Positions 47,101-55,823 of a stretch of 64,000 bases of DNA are shown here, piece by piece (within the stretch, counting starts at the first letter, position 1; each line of letters starts with the position of its first letter). The DNA lies in sequence record PZ386953.1; one strand, 5' to 3'. The position numbers were made by a program, and so were the translations under genes. The notes beneath the pieces are model-generated. The model was not told the DNA's origin, made no database searches, and saw nothing but the letters and a program-made list of their open reading frames with translations. This stretch comes from a phage.

Positions 47101-49785
47101 ATAGTCTTCTCGTCTGTCCATGCAAATATGAACGGAGAGAAGTATCCGTTCGACGTTCCGGTAGCCAATGGATACAGACGTGTCGTGATGATCATTAAGT
47201 GCGACCTGATAGGTAAGCAAGTTCCTGCTGAAAACGGAACATCAACACACCCGTTTGAAATTGCTCTGCACTACCAATTTGCAGATTCTCCTTTTGCAGG
47301 GGATAAGAGAATATCTGATACAGATGCACAGCGTTGTAAGAAGGTATTGTTAGGTGCTGGATGGTGGTGGTATGAGTTTGACTTGACAGACAAACTCACA
47401 GACAACACAAAAACTCTTACAGGTATTCGTCTGGACCTTGGTGAAAACATGCACAAAAGTGTCTGCGATGGCACCTATGGTGATCCTACAGTACACTTGA
47501 AATATGTTTCTCTTGAGCATCCGGAGGAAACTGTTATTGGCCCCAAACTGAGACTGTTTGGCAGCTGGATTGCTAAAGACAGAGTAGGAATGGGTAAAAA
47601 GGTAAGAGGATTCCTGATGGATGCGGGGACAGAAGACATGCTGGTTAATGCAGTGTGGCCTACTCTAGAGGGAACCGACTACAACAATGCTGCAAGATCT
47701 GTCAACTGGTTTAACATCCACAGAGCCATGTGGACTACCAACTGCTATTTGTGGAGAGAGCTTAACGATAATGCCTTCGGCTTCAGCAATGGCAGAAGGA
47801 TGGCTATCATTTGCTGGACAACACTGCAACGTTGCTATGACCACAACTATGAAATAGGTGGTAGAGCGTGGAAAGACACCAGGGATAGAATTGTGTACAA
47901 CTTTGCAGACGACAACGGTGGTGGAGCGTATAACTTCGGCACAAGCAGACTTATCCACTTAAACGGATCCTCGGCCTACAAGAAAGAAGGTTACTCTGGA
48001 TCCATGATTGAGTGGGGTCTGGTAAAAGATGCTCGCGTATTGATGGGCCAACAACTTGCTGCTGCAATAGGTCCTAACGCAGTGCAATCTGTTAAACCAG
48101 CGTGGTTCGATATTCCATTGTGGTCATCCGGCACACCAGGGACTGCTGCAATCAATCCTACCACGGGAGATCTGGAAATCTCTTGGGAAGACTTGAAGCA
48201 GGTTGGGGGCTGGGATAAGACAGGGTATCAGGTGCAGTGGTGGAAATCTGACGGATCGTTAGCAGCTGATGAGTTTGTTAAGGACAATTTCTACACCATG
48301 TCCTCTGCAAAAGCACAGGAATTGTTCGGTCAGGCAACTCCGTCAACGATCACCATGTCCATGTGCTGTAAAGACAACAGGACTGGAGCTTTGGGGCCAA
48401 GGGTTGCTAAGGTTTTCTCAGGTATTAAATGGAATCCCTCTGTTCAAAGTGTTTCATGGAAGCAAATAGGTGATAACAAGCTGCTAGTTACCCCCGCCTG
48501 TCAGTTCAACGCAACTCTTAACGTTGATCCTGCTGCTGCGGCAAACTCAGCTAAAGCTTCTGACTTCTCTGTGTCTAACACTGCTATGGCAGATGTGAGG
48601 AAGATTGACACACTGAACGCCAGAATTACCTGTAAAAACACTTATGGCACATTCCAAATCATCAACAACTTCACAGATGCTGATTCTAAGGTAGTGAGGA
48701 CAGCAAGCCAGACTCTGAGTTTAGGAACTCTGGCCTATGCGGCCCTGATCACCGAACAGTCGGCAACACTCCAAGGAGGTGGTGTAGGCAAGTCCATTAC
48801 AACACCTGTGTGGAAGCCAAATGAGTGGGTTGTGTTTGATTTGACTGTGGACTTCTCCAGCGATAATAACTGGACATGGGTAAGGAATTGCTTGTCACAA
48901 CTGATGGGTGGTCCAAGCTCCGTTAGTGATAGCTACGACTCCACTGACCCGAGTGTGTTTCAGGTGGGTAAAACTCACCCGGAGACTGGAGCAACGTTGC
49001 CTGACAGGAAGTATGCTTTGGTTTGCATCTCTTACGGGAAGGCAGATGTCACCTTCTCAGGGACACACACTTATAACGGAACCTACAACTTCTCAAGGAA
49101 GTATAGTCTCAAAGCAGGGAACATTATAGACGAGGTTGGTGTGCTGTATAATCCGGGCAACGGCATAGGGATTGTGGGTGGTAAACTGCAGATGCAGGAA
49201 CCTTCTATTACCCCTTCCAACGTATCCGGGATTAGAAAGACTTGGGAAAGTAGTAATACCAACATTGCAACAGTGGATGCCACCACAGGACTGGTAACAT
49301 TTAAAGCTACTGGGAATGTCACCATAAAGTTTGTAGTTACAGATGATGCAGGGCGCAAAACGTCTTCAACATCTTTTACTGTCAAACAGATGGCACCACA
49401 GTGGAGAATGTGGATAGGTACAGCAACAAACGGGGCATACCCTAATCCGGCAGGTACTTCTGGTATGAAGACTTTCTCTACAAGCAAACCGATGGAGTAC
49501 GGCAGCGGTCCTAAGGTAGGGCAGATGGTGTACTTTGGTGCGTATATTCCTGAAATTATAGGGCTTCCGAGAAGTCAGCTTCAGTTGCTGTTTGGGGCTG
49601 GTGTTGACGATCTTGCCACTTTCGGGTATAGCGACAACATCGAGGCTGCAAGGAGTTCAGGATGGGTAGGGTTCAGAATGGAGTCTGGAAAGGAAGGCAG
49701 GATTCTAGGGACAGCCTCTATAGGTGTTATGTTCCCTGGTGACCAGCAGTATCGTCTAGAAGCCTACGCAACCTTTTCTCGTTAA
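44149..49785 (+). CDS. giant tail fibre/adhesin-like protein with C-terminal Ig-like (Big_2-like) domain
   Basis: 1878-aa ORF with GGAG SD; segment SNTNIATVDATTGLVTFKATGNVTIKFVVTDDAGRKTSSTSFTV resembles bacterial Ig-like group 2 domains. Confidence 0.6.
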   Translation: MLPIPLLKLGRHFLDKRGGIKELAVLSYPIDNSDGTSNTVSYVNSLAILFDDGQLNITGYNRFGECRTGDLDTINYPNEAAWNVDHVWRADRAFVIRTFDNKFFYIGCTAGLIGSEAAGGNDVCVREWTPLPEQIVTGLHLDTHPERLVEVMGGVNNTVWVIAAPEADGMLHLYGSGNNTYGSLHVDKNQHATPVKIGETSESPETGPWKNPRINCEVHDNSVIFGGPNGFWIAGYDFLRNNSKNTLIYPAEHATLDQFKGISVGETWKGFMCGPNGAIIATERMHKPDDQQLVNVFYGQDVWGDDTWRSLNITYTHEVIMARGYGTSGIFFNNGTKQYRGFSRNLCNDIGAQSANNNPRANFIHYRALATAKFVEQTEPVSWTESVYFQGIHREGFLGTFCVVNGKLWWSGIPRGSFSGSNNLFGGRLNSQGFTEIPENWYKNVPVDSWSIEDIFDVNGVSSVSNIYIGDTVKMKLKPQPEGATFIIDKIELVNAAGTVVTDANYQFSTSWNHGGANEVVVTQHNRNINRRGLYSVKITYHDKHGAGRTHTTRNLNWNIVVPAYPSDGKWHTVGRKKQFHVNDTVYFGLNGSQPAPESDTAYMVRLHRQDAGSTTYDVTQEIYDQRRSIYDNLVKTQALWEFNPNGKGGKMLQVNEQNGTSLTVHEHADPWPDPGKPNPGARTLKVVSHNAGYFGIRWEATVKYVDGTTNNIGITLGGTSEDSSLKIAYTPRGISIDNMDIVRNGYGDVNIKVTLGEHLGGERIIMYAFDHDPRTNGTYANQAWSYLINAPEPNTKEFYYGMKRDVCKKTGTHDWIAICVKDERTAWDEPVNRWFIGIPTRSDKYVTEYIVCMGGTNLNLCWNEDANKYSDYDYMRDISCNQWFNQTTGYPPRQARVNPAIFTDTQVFLTKQANEVQTFKNKYDPNKWFYNCYGAFFWGPGELPNGGSCFEAATYGSDYIMGQVKKYKMIPGPETLGNAVDPYIVFSSVHANMNGEKYPFDVPVANGYRRVVMIIKCDLIGKQVPAENGTSTHPFEIALHYQFADSPFAGDKRISDTDAQRCKKVLLGAGWWWYEFDLTDKLTDNTKTLTGIRLDLGENMHKSVCDGTYGDPTVHLKYVSLEHPEETVIGPKLRLFGSWIAKDRVGMGKKVRGFLMDAGTEDMLVNAVWPTLEGTDYNNAARSVNWFNIHRAMWTTNCYLWRELNDNAFGFSNGRRMAIICWTTLQRCYDHNYEIGGRAWKDTRDRIVYNFADDNGGGAYNFGTSRLIHLNGSSAYKKEGYSGSMIEWGLVKDARVLMGQQLAAAIGPNAVQSVKPAWFDIPLWSSGTPGTAAINPTTGDLEISWEDLKQVGGWDKTGYQVQWWKSDGSLAADEFVKDNFYTMSSAKAQELFGQATPSTITMSMCCKDNRTGALGPRVAKVFSGIKWNPSVQSVSWKQIGDNKLLVTPACQFNATLNVDPAAAANSAKASDFSVSNTAMADVRKIDTLNARITCKNTYGTFQIINNFTDADSKVVRTASQTLSLGTLAYAALITEQSATLQGGGVGKSITTPVWKPNEWVVFDLTVDFSSDNNWTWVRNCLSQLMGGPSSVSDSYDSTDPSVFQVGKTHPETGATLPDRKYALVCISYGKADVTFSGTHTYNGTYNFSRKYSLKAGNIIDEVGVLYNPGNGIGIVGGKLQMQEPSITPSNVSGIRKTWESSNTNIATVDATTGLVTFKATGNVTIKFVVTDDAGRKTSSTSFTVKQMAPQWRMWIGTATNGAYPNPAGTSGMKTFSTSKPMEYGSGPKVGQMVYFGAYIPEIIGLPRSQLQLLFGAGVDDLATFGYSDNIEAARSSGWVGFRMESGKEGRILGTASIGVMFPGDQQYRLEAYATFSR

Positions 49786-49795
49786 CAAGGGGGTA

Positions 49796-49831
49796 AATAA
49801 AAAGGGGCCAAACGGCCCCTTTCTTTTTATA
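49796..49831. terminator. bidirectional intrinsic terminator between convergent operons
   Basis: AGGGGCC-AAAC-GGCCCCT hairpin flanked by an A tract upstream and a T tract downstream. Confidence 0.7.
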
Positions 49832-49832
49832 G

Positions 49833-50033
49833 TTAGTAATACTCCCAACATGCCCCATCTTCAGACGGCTTGACGCGCTTACCTTTATGGTCAACATAGG
49901 TATAGCCACAACCTTCACAAATAACAGGTGCTGCATAGCCTTCCTTCCACTGATCCTCAGTGATCAGACCTTCCAAATCTTTGCAGTCAAAGCCAAACAA
50001 CTCTTCAGAGCAATCTTTACAAAAATCAGCCAT
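49833..50033 (-). CDS. small zinc-ribbon-like protein
   Basis: 66 aa with two CxxC pairs (CKDC ... CEGC). Confidence 0.5.
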   Translation of the reverse strand: MADFCKDCSEELFGFDCKDLEGLITEDQWKEGYAAPVICEGCGYTYVDHKGKRVKPSEDGACWEYY

Positions 50034-50036
50034 TTC

Positions 50037-50501
50037 TCAGTCCTCGCATTTAACAAATTTTTCTATAGATCCACCAAGCACAGCTTGTTGTTTGATGGCA
50101 CTTTCTTCATCATAGTGGATAGACTTATGTTCCGTACCTCCAAACTTACCTGTGTGGAAGGTGTGCACCCAAATCTCTTTAGGAAGGTATTTATTCTCTT
50201 CCTCCACCAACTCCCACATACCCCACAAGTGATCTGTGATATCTCTGATGAAATATCCCTCGCCGAGGTTTGTATTCACACTGTAAGCTGATTCGTGATC
50301 TCCGCAAATATAACGGAAGGCAGTGTACTCTTTACCTGGTGTGAAGTGAGTATCCATTAGTATGGCTGTTAAAGAATAAGGGTCTCGAAAGCCCAAGAAC
50401 TTTAGTTTAACAATTTCGACATTTACATCTGCAAGATTATCCATGACGATCTCCTCTGTTTGGTTGGTGAGAATTATATATAGATCTGGTGGTGGTGTCA
50501 A
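50037..50501 (-). CDS. hypothetical protein (154 aa)
   Basis: Tightly packed in leftward operon; His-rich motifs but no assignable family. Confidence 0.5.
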   Translation of the reverse strand: MTPPPDLYIILTNQTEEIVMDNLADVNVEIVKLKFLGFRDPYSLTAILMDTHFTPGKEYTAFRYICGDHESAYSVNTNLGEGYFIRDITDHLWGMWELVEEENKYLPKEIWVHTFHTGKFGGTEHKSIHYDEESAIKQQAVLGGSIEKFVKCED

Positions 50502-50605
50502 GCTTAATTTTAAGAGATCTGAGAGGGTATTTTATTCAGGAAGGCAATCGCACAGGGTGGAGAAATTTATGAAGGAACAGGCCTCGTTTGAGGCCTTAAA
50601 TTCTA

Positions 50606-50986
50606 TTATGACACTTTGACATAGCGCTCTGACAAAGCTGGGAAGCCAAAAGTAGTGCCGATACTACCATAGGCTATCCACCATTGGAGTTCATCGTGAC
50701 ACCATTTTCCGATCAGGAAGGTGCTGGGATAGCGGGTCAGTATTTTGGCATAAGCTTTAGGATCTACATCTTCTGGGATAATGATGCTTGGAATATCTTT
50801 GTTATGACCACAGCAGCAGTTTAGCGTTTTCAAACCTGCTGCCCACAAACTCATGATAGGCTTAGCCATACACTTATCAAGGCACACACGTTTTTTGCCG
50901 TCACGAAGATTTTTAGGCACATCAACGATAACATTTGGATGCTTGGCACCTTTCACTTTCCAATTATAGGATTTACACTTGCACAT
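50606..50986 (-). CDS. cysteine-rich hypothetical protein
   Basis: 126 aa with CKC, CLDKC and NCCCGHN clusters suggesting metal binding. Confidence 0.5.
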   Translation of the reverse strand: MCKCKSYNWKVKGAKHPNVIVDVPKNLRDGKKRVCLDKCMAKPIMSLWAAGLKTLNCCCGHNKDIPSIIIPEDVDPKAYAKILTRYPSTFLIGKWCHDELQWWIAYGSIGTTFGFPALSERYVKVS

Positions 50987-51036
50987 TTAATCAGTCTCCG
51001 TCTAGAAAGCCGCACTATACGTTTTTGAGGTATACT

Positions 51037-51207
51037 TTACTTAAAGTCTTTATCACCTGCCACGATTGCATGAATCCACTCATTGTGATGCTCAATAGCG
51101 GTGAGATGTAACATGATGTAGTGATCGTCATTGCCAAACATGATATGATAGGCTTTGGCAGCATTTTGATATAACTTCCACATCAGGTAATGATATCTTC
51201 GCCTCAT
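51037..51207 (-). CDS. small His-rich hypothetical protein (56 aa, not in ORF track)
   Basis: Minus-strand ATG at 51207 preceded by GGAG; fills an otherwise empty gap in the operon. Confidence 0.3.
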   Translation of the reverse strand: MRRRYHYLMWKLYQNAAKAYHIMFGNDDHYIMLHLTAIEHHNEWIHAIVAGDKDFK

Positions 51208-51212
51208 GGCTC

Positions 51213-51683
51213 TTACTCCGGTTCAGGATCTGGGTAATCTTCAATAATAAAGGGCCATCCGTTCCGCTTAGCCTCAGACTTATACTCAATCTCCTTCATT
51301 GCAAACTCTAACTGATTCTTAGCCGGAATACATGCCGGAGAATCATCAATCCAGATATCTGGGTAGATATCAAACTGCGCCAGGTAGGCTGCCTTCTGAA
51401 CACCACCTGTGTAGAACACACCAACATCGAGCTCCTTGCGCCAATACTCAATGTCTACATTGTCTTGAGTAATGAATCGGAAAGTCACAAGGTAGACTGT
51501 CCACCCCTCCTTCTTCAGATCCCTGATCAGGCTGGAGAAGATGAAAGGGCTCGCATTAAACGTTCCATCAAAGTCGATGGCAATGATGTGCGTGCCGTGG
51601 CGAGTCTCATATGGATTGCTCGTGGTAAGATTGCTGTAATTAAAAGGGACTTCTTCCCCGCAGTAGCTGTAGTCCATATTCAC
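51213..51683 (-). CDS. HAD-superfamily phosphatase (5'-deoxyribonucleotidase-like)
   Basis: Motif I IIAIDFDGTF and motif IV IWIDDSP; AGAAGGTG SD; 156 aa. Confidence 0.6.
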   Translation of the reverse strand: MNMDYSYCGEEVPFNYSNLTTSNPYETRHGTHIIAIDFDGTFNASPFIFSSLIRDLKKEGWTVYLVTFRFITQDNVDIEYWRKELDVGVFYTGGVQKAAYLAQFDIYPDIWIDDSPACIPAKNQLEFAMKEIEYKSEAKRNGWPFIIEDYPDPEPE

Positions 51684-51955
51684 ACCTTCTCGTTGATAAA
51701 TTTACGGGCGGTTTGGTGAGTTGTTTCTGCTGTCTTCAGAATGATATTAATTTTATCGTCAAGATCATTCATCTCGGCAGTTAATTCAGGAATCTCTCCG
51801 GCATGCATGGTGAAATCATACATAGACATGCCCAAGATCTCATTGATGCGGCGGTTGCATTCTGCAGCACGCTGGTTCATTTTCCAAGCTAACACCAAAG
51901 CCTCCTGCGTAGCCTCTAGTGCAAAATCTAATACGTCGGCCTCTTCTTTCGTCAT
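51680..51955 (-). CDS. hypothetical protein (91 aa)
   Basis: Overlaps downstream HAD gene by 4 nt. Confidence 0.45.
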   Translation of the reverse strand: MTKEEADVLDFALEATQEALVLAWKMNQRAAECNRRINEILGMSMYDFTMHAGEIPELTAEMNDLDDKINIILKTAETTHQTARKFINEKV

Positions 51956-52012
51956 CTTAGTCTCTCCTGTTGTATTGTTGGTAGGTGTATGAATACCTTA
52001 TAACTCACCTTT

Positions 52013-52579
52013 TTATTCAAACTGCAATAGTAAGTCCACCACCGCGCTAGGTCTGTCAACAAATTCCCCAGGTCCACATGCCCACAGAGGGTATCCGTCT
52101 ACATACCGCCAAATCCAACCTGCAGTGTGGAGTTCGAGCAGGGCAGTACCGTCCTTACTGTCAACCACTCTTTCCCACAGTGTCGGGCAGCGAAGCTTGA
52201 GGATCGGATCCCCTCCCTTATACCCATCCATGTAGATACCCATTGCAAAGTTCAGCATCATCTTTTTGTGCACTGATCTTTTACTGAGGGTACTCATCAC
52301 TTCCTCTTTGTGAATGTTTGTAAGCTTCTCCTTGGCTACCCGCAGATCGTTGCAACCATTGTTCAGCAGATCTTCCAGACACTTGATCCGAAGGTCGTGA
52401 ATGTCTTTGTCGTGTACCGTTGGCACAGGGTCGTAGCGGTATAGCACTGTTGATACAAGGTTGCTCGGGTGTGGGTCTGACAGCAACCCATAACCCCAAT
52501 ACTCTTCTGTATCTGAAAGGACAAGACACCCAATGTCTCTGTCAAGCTTTCCTGTGTTGTAAGCCACATTGACCGCCAT
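52013..52579 (-). CDS. hypothetical protein (188 aa)
   Basis: ORF in leftward operon; no family recognised. Confidence 0.5.
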   Translation of the reverse strand: MAVNVAYNTGKLDRDIGCLVLSDTEEYWGYGLLSDPHPSNLVSTVLYRYDPVPTVHDKDIHDLRIKCLEDLLNNGCNDLRVAKEKLTNIHKEEVMSTLSKRSVHKKMMLNFAMGIYMDGYKGGDPILKLRCPTLWERVVDSKDGTALLELHTAGWIWRYVDGYPLWACGPGEFVDRPSAVVDLLLQFE

Positions 52580-52581
52580 GA

Positions 52582-52827
52582 CTATAGCTCCACTAGCAAA
52601 GTGCTTTCAAAGTGCCGTTCATGCAAACCGTTGTAAGGGACCACTTCTACAACGCCATCACGGACATATGGGGCCATCATGGTGGTATAATCTCCAAACG
52701 GGTTGGTATTGTCACTAACCACAACCACCTTCTGCCCTTCCTTGGCAGAGTGCCAAATAGATCTGCACTTCATCAGGTGTTCGAGAGCTCCAGGTAAAAT
52801 TTTGTTACGTTCTTTACGGGTCTTCAT
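52582..52827 (-). CDS. hypothetical protein (81 aa)
   Basis: ORF with 4-nt overlap to upstream gene. Confidence 0.45.
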   Translation of the reverse strand: MKTRKERNKILPGALEHLMKCRSIWHSAKEGQKVVVVSDNTNPFGDYTTMMAPYVRDGVVEVVPYNGLHERHFESTLLVEL

Positions 52828-53273
52828 AGCAGGTATAGCTCCTTATGAAAGTGATCTTTTAATTTCTCACTGAGAAACCTCTTGATACCTTCCTCTAAAG
52901 TGTTTTCGATGTAGTCCAGCTTAACTGCTTCGATGGACATATCATAGATTGCCAGCTCTAAGCTGTCAAGTCCCATCATAGCATGAACCATAAGATTTTC
53001 ATCTTCAGATACATTCAGGGGACTTCCTATAACATCTGGAGGCAGAATAGTTTCCCAATTATTCTGGGTGGTAGTTCTCCCGCCATCTACTTTACGGCGC
53101 AGTTCGAATGTGTTCTTAGTGTAGAACACTTCATAAGAAACGATACGACTGTCACTCTCATAATAAACGAAGTTCAGGTAGGAGCCTAGCCGCAGTCGGC
53201 AAACTTCCACCCCAAACCATTGTTTCTTATAAGAATTCAGGCTAATGCTGTCGCATTCACGTTTGCTCAACAC
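52824..53273 (-). CDS. hypothetical protein (149 aa)
   Basis: ORF in leftward operon. Confidence 0.5.
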   Translation of the reverse strand: MLSKRECDSISLNSYKKQWFGVEVCRLRLGSYLNFVYYESDSRIVSYEVFYTKNTFELRRKVDGGRTTTQNNWETILPPDVIGSPLNVSEDENLMVHAMMGLDSLELAIYDMSIEAVKLDYIENTLEEGIKRFLSEKLKDHFHKELYLL

Positions 53274-53289
53274 GGCTATCTCCTTTTTG

Positions 53290-53523
53290 TTAATCTTCGT
53301 AAATCAGGATTTCTGCTTTAGGTTTTCGTGCTTTCAGGTCCAGCTCTATCCAGTGCACCATAGCTGTTTCAAGAAAAACAGCTTGGATGCATCCGTCCTC
53401 AGCGTGCCCCACCAACATAACGAGATCTTCACCTTCGTCATCTGCATCACGAACATAAAGAATCTCTCCAGATTCGAAGTCTTTCACAACCTGATTGCTA
53501 GATAATTTTCTAATTTTTGCCAT
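53290..53523 (-). CDS. small protein, tandem paralogue D (77 aa)
   Basis: Shares G-E-(I/V)-(L/V) core and acidic patches with the three upstream ~87-aa paralogues. Confidence 0.5.
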   Translation of the reverse strand: MAKIRKLSSNQVVKDFESGEILYVRDADDEGEDLVMLVGHAEDGCIQAVFLETAMVHWIELDLKARKPKAEILIYED

Positions 53524-53524
53524 A

Positions 53525-53788
53525 TCAGAAACCCTCTAAAAAGCTCTTGTAGAAAACAATCTCAGTATCCACACCAGTCACAATCTTGTCGTTCCTGATT
53601 TCATCGGTAAGATAGGTGTCAAAACGCAGAACCTGTGTGGTGTTGTCACACATCCACTCAGCTGTGACCATTGCGAAAATCTTAGCATCTTCATTATCTG
53701 GTGTGAATGTTACCACCTCACCGCACTTAAACTTTTCGATAGGCTGAGTGTTAGCTTTCGGTTCTGCGATAGTGATTTTTGTGGTCAT
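53525..53788 (-). CDS. small protein, tandem paralogue C (87 aa)
   Basis: CGEVVTF and VTGVDTEIVF motifs parallel paralogues A/B. Confidence 0.5.
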   Translation of the reverse strand: MTTKITIAEPKANTQPIEKFKCGEVVTFTPDNEDAKIFAMVTAEWMCDNTTQVLRFDTYLTDEIRNDKIVTGVDTEIVFYKSFLEGF

Positions 53789-54051
53789 TATTCTCCTCCT
53801 TCTTTTGAATAGCTTGTCTCTCCAAGGATGGTAATTTTGGTGTCAAGCTCTGTAACTTTCATGTTTGGCGGCAGATCGTACAACTCATTATTTTCTAAAT
53901 CGAACCCCCACACACAATGTTCTCCTGTTTTGACAATCATAACTATGTTTTGAATGCCGTCTCCGTCGCAACTTACCACGGTCCCACACGGAAAACTGTC
54001 TGCACGCTTTTTGTTCTTCACCTTAGAATTGAATACAATGCTGGTAGCCAT
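53788..54051 (-). CDS. small protein, tandem paralogue B (87 aa)
   Basis: MAT start, GTVV, FDL, VTELD, ILGE motifs shared with paralogue A; start overlaps A's stop by 1 nt. Confidence 0.5.
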   Translation of the reverse strand: MATSIVFNSKVKNKKRADSFPCGTVVSCDGDGIQNIVMIVKTGEHCVWGFDLENNELYDLPPNMKVTELDTKITILGETSYSKEGGE

Positions 54052-54314
54052 TATTGTTCCTCCACCATAACTTCGCCAAGAATTTCTATGCAGGCATCCA
54101 TTTCTGTAACAACCAAACTGTGAGGCAGTTCTACAAACACCTTTCTGAACAGGTCAAATACCCCAACATATATGTTTGCAGGATGTGATTTTACAACAAG
54201 TGCTGTATTCACATCCCCAAGTTCATCAACAAACATCACCACAGTGCCTGGAGCTACTGAGGACAGATACTTCTTAGTTTTACGGTTTGATGCAAATTTT
54301 AACTCTGTTGCCAT
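54051..54314 (-). CDS. small protein, tandem paralogue A (87 aa)
   Basis: Strong AGAGGAGG SD; first of four coupled paralogous genes. Confidence 0.55.
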   Translation of the reverse strand: MATELKFASNRKTKKYLSSVAPGTVVMFVDELGDVNTALVVKSHPANIYVGVFDLFRKVFVELPHSLVVTEMDACIEILGEVMVEEQ

Positions 54315-54329
54315 AAATAACCTCCTCTC

Positions 54330-55811
54330 TTACTTAGCGTACTCGATTAATTCCACAGTTTTCCCAAAGCTCGGGATATAATTTTTATTATACCCCTCAG
54401 TGAGGACCCATAGAGTATCGTACTTTTTCCACTTGTTGTCAACAACCTTTTGTTCAAAGTTATGCTCAAAGTATAGGTCGGTCAGGACGATGACATCTTT
54501 TGCATTAGGTATGTTGGCATCCAGATACTCGAACACGCAAGCAGCTGTTGTGCCCCATGTTGAGTGGACCTCATAGTTGACCATCTCGTCTATGTTGCCG
54601 CGAGTGTATACTTTAACCTCTCCAACCTCAGTTGACCAACAGAACATTGTAACCTTAAACTCTTTATACAGATTGCACAATCCGGTGATTTCATTGAACA
54701 TTTTCTTTAAAGTTCTTTGAGAGATCGAGCCAGAAACGTCTAAAGCCACCACAATATCTATAGTGTTTTCCGGATTACGACCAGGAACAATAACGTGCTG
54801 GTTCTTGTTTATAGCCCCAACTTTTCGCATTGTGCTGGTCAAAGACCCAGATCGGCGACCAGGTTTTCTGTAGGTCAGTTCGGCCTTTCTTTTAGACAAC
54901 ATACGTTGCTTAATGATGTCTATATAGTTGATTACAGGCTTACCTCTGTTCTTGACAAACTCACGCACCGCCTCAGGGCAACGGCCTCCGGACGCTTGCA
55001 TTGCTGCCTCCAGCATATCACCAGAGTCCTGCATGGCCTGATCTTTATCAGATTGGCTGATTACAGGTTGTGGCTGATCATACCCCATAGCCTTTCCAAG
55101 ATTATCACTGGTGCCACCGTTCCCACTCATGTGATCATCGGTTTGTCGCTTATCACTTTGAGAGTTCTCACCTTTACCGTTCTTACTTTTACCGTTATTC
55201 TGATCTCTTTGCTTATCAAGAACTGCATAAACGTTCTCAGCAATCCATCCATGAAACTTCATGTCGCAGTAGCAGCTGGCTAAGAAGCCAAAAGGCTTAC
55301 CTTTCATGAACGTAGTGCTTTTCCCCTTCGGGAAGAAAACACAAGGAGGTTTGCTAAAGTCAACCACAAGGCCTGTGTTGATAACGTGATCACAAGCAAT
55401 ATTGAACAGTTCCGGCTCAAAGCTTTTACCACGGACTAGGTGATCACAGATAATATGCCCCACCTCATGTGACAGAAGGAAGGCCACCTCTTTCACAGAT
55501 TTTGGGGAATAGAAAACTTCAGCCATCTCAAACTGCTCGTCAGTTAGAGAAGCCTTAAGAATAGCCTTGCGTTCATCAGCCAATCCCATAATGAACTCAG
55601 GACTGTAATAGATGCGTTTATGGTCGGTTGCCATGGTGGAGCACCATGTGTGGTTTTCTACGAACTGCAACCCTGACAGTAGTGTGCCATAAAACGGCAA
55701 CTTTTCAAGGAGATACATACGTGCAGCCTGCAACATTCTCAGGGCATCATCTTTCTGCGAGGCAATGATTTCTGAACTTCTGCTATCCATTAAAACTCCA
55801 GGAGGGGCCAT
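54330..55811 (-). CDS. metallopeptidase-domain plus VWA-domain protein
   Basis: HExxH-type motif LLSHEVGHIICDH in N-terminal half; MIDAS-like VVALDVSGSIS in C-terminal half; 493 aa. Confidence 0.7.
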   Translation of the reverse strand: MAPPGVLMDSRSSEIIASQKDDALRMLQAARMYLLEKLPFYGTLLSGLQFVENHTWCSTMATDHKRIYYSPEFIMGLADERKAILKASLTDEQFEMAEVFYSPKSVKEVAFLLSHEVGHIICDHLVRGKSFEPELFNIACDHVINTGLVVDFSKPPCVFFPKGKSTTFMKGKPFGFLASCYCDMKFHGWIAENVYAVLDKQRDQNNGKSKNGKGENSQSDKRQTDDHMSGNGGTSDNLGKAMGYDQPQPVISQSDKDQAMQDSGDMLEAAMQASGGRCPEAVREFVKNRGKPVINYIDIIKQRMLSKRKAELTYRKPGRRSGSLTSTMRKVGAINKNQHVIVPGRNPENTIDIVVALDVSGSISQRTLKKMFNEITGLCNLYKEFKVTMFCWSTEVGEVKVYTRGNIDEMVNYEVHSTWGTTAACVFEYLDANIPNAKDVIVLTDLYFEHNFEQKVVDNKWKKYDTLWVLTEGYNKNYIPSFGKTVELIEYAK

Positions 55812-55823
55812 TGGCCCCTGTCA

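Noticed and set aside
50580-50600. Hairpin AGGCCTC-GTTT-GAGGCCT between two minus-strand genes
   Set aside because: No T tract on the transcribed (minus) strand; not convincing as a terminator, possibly an RNA stability element.
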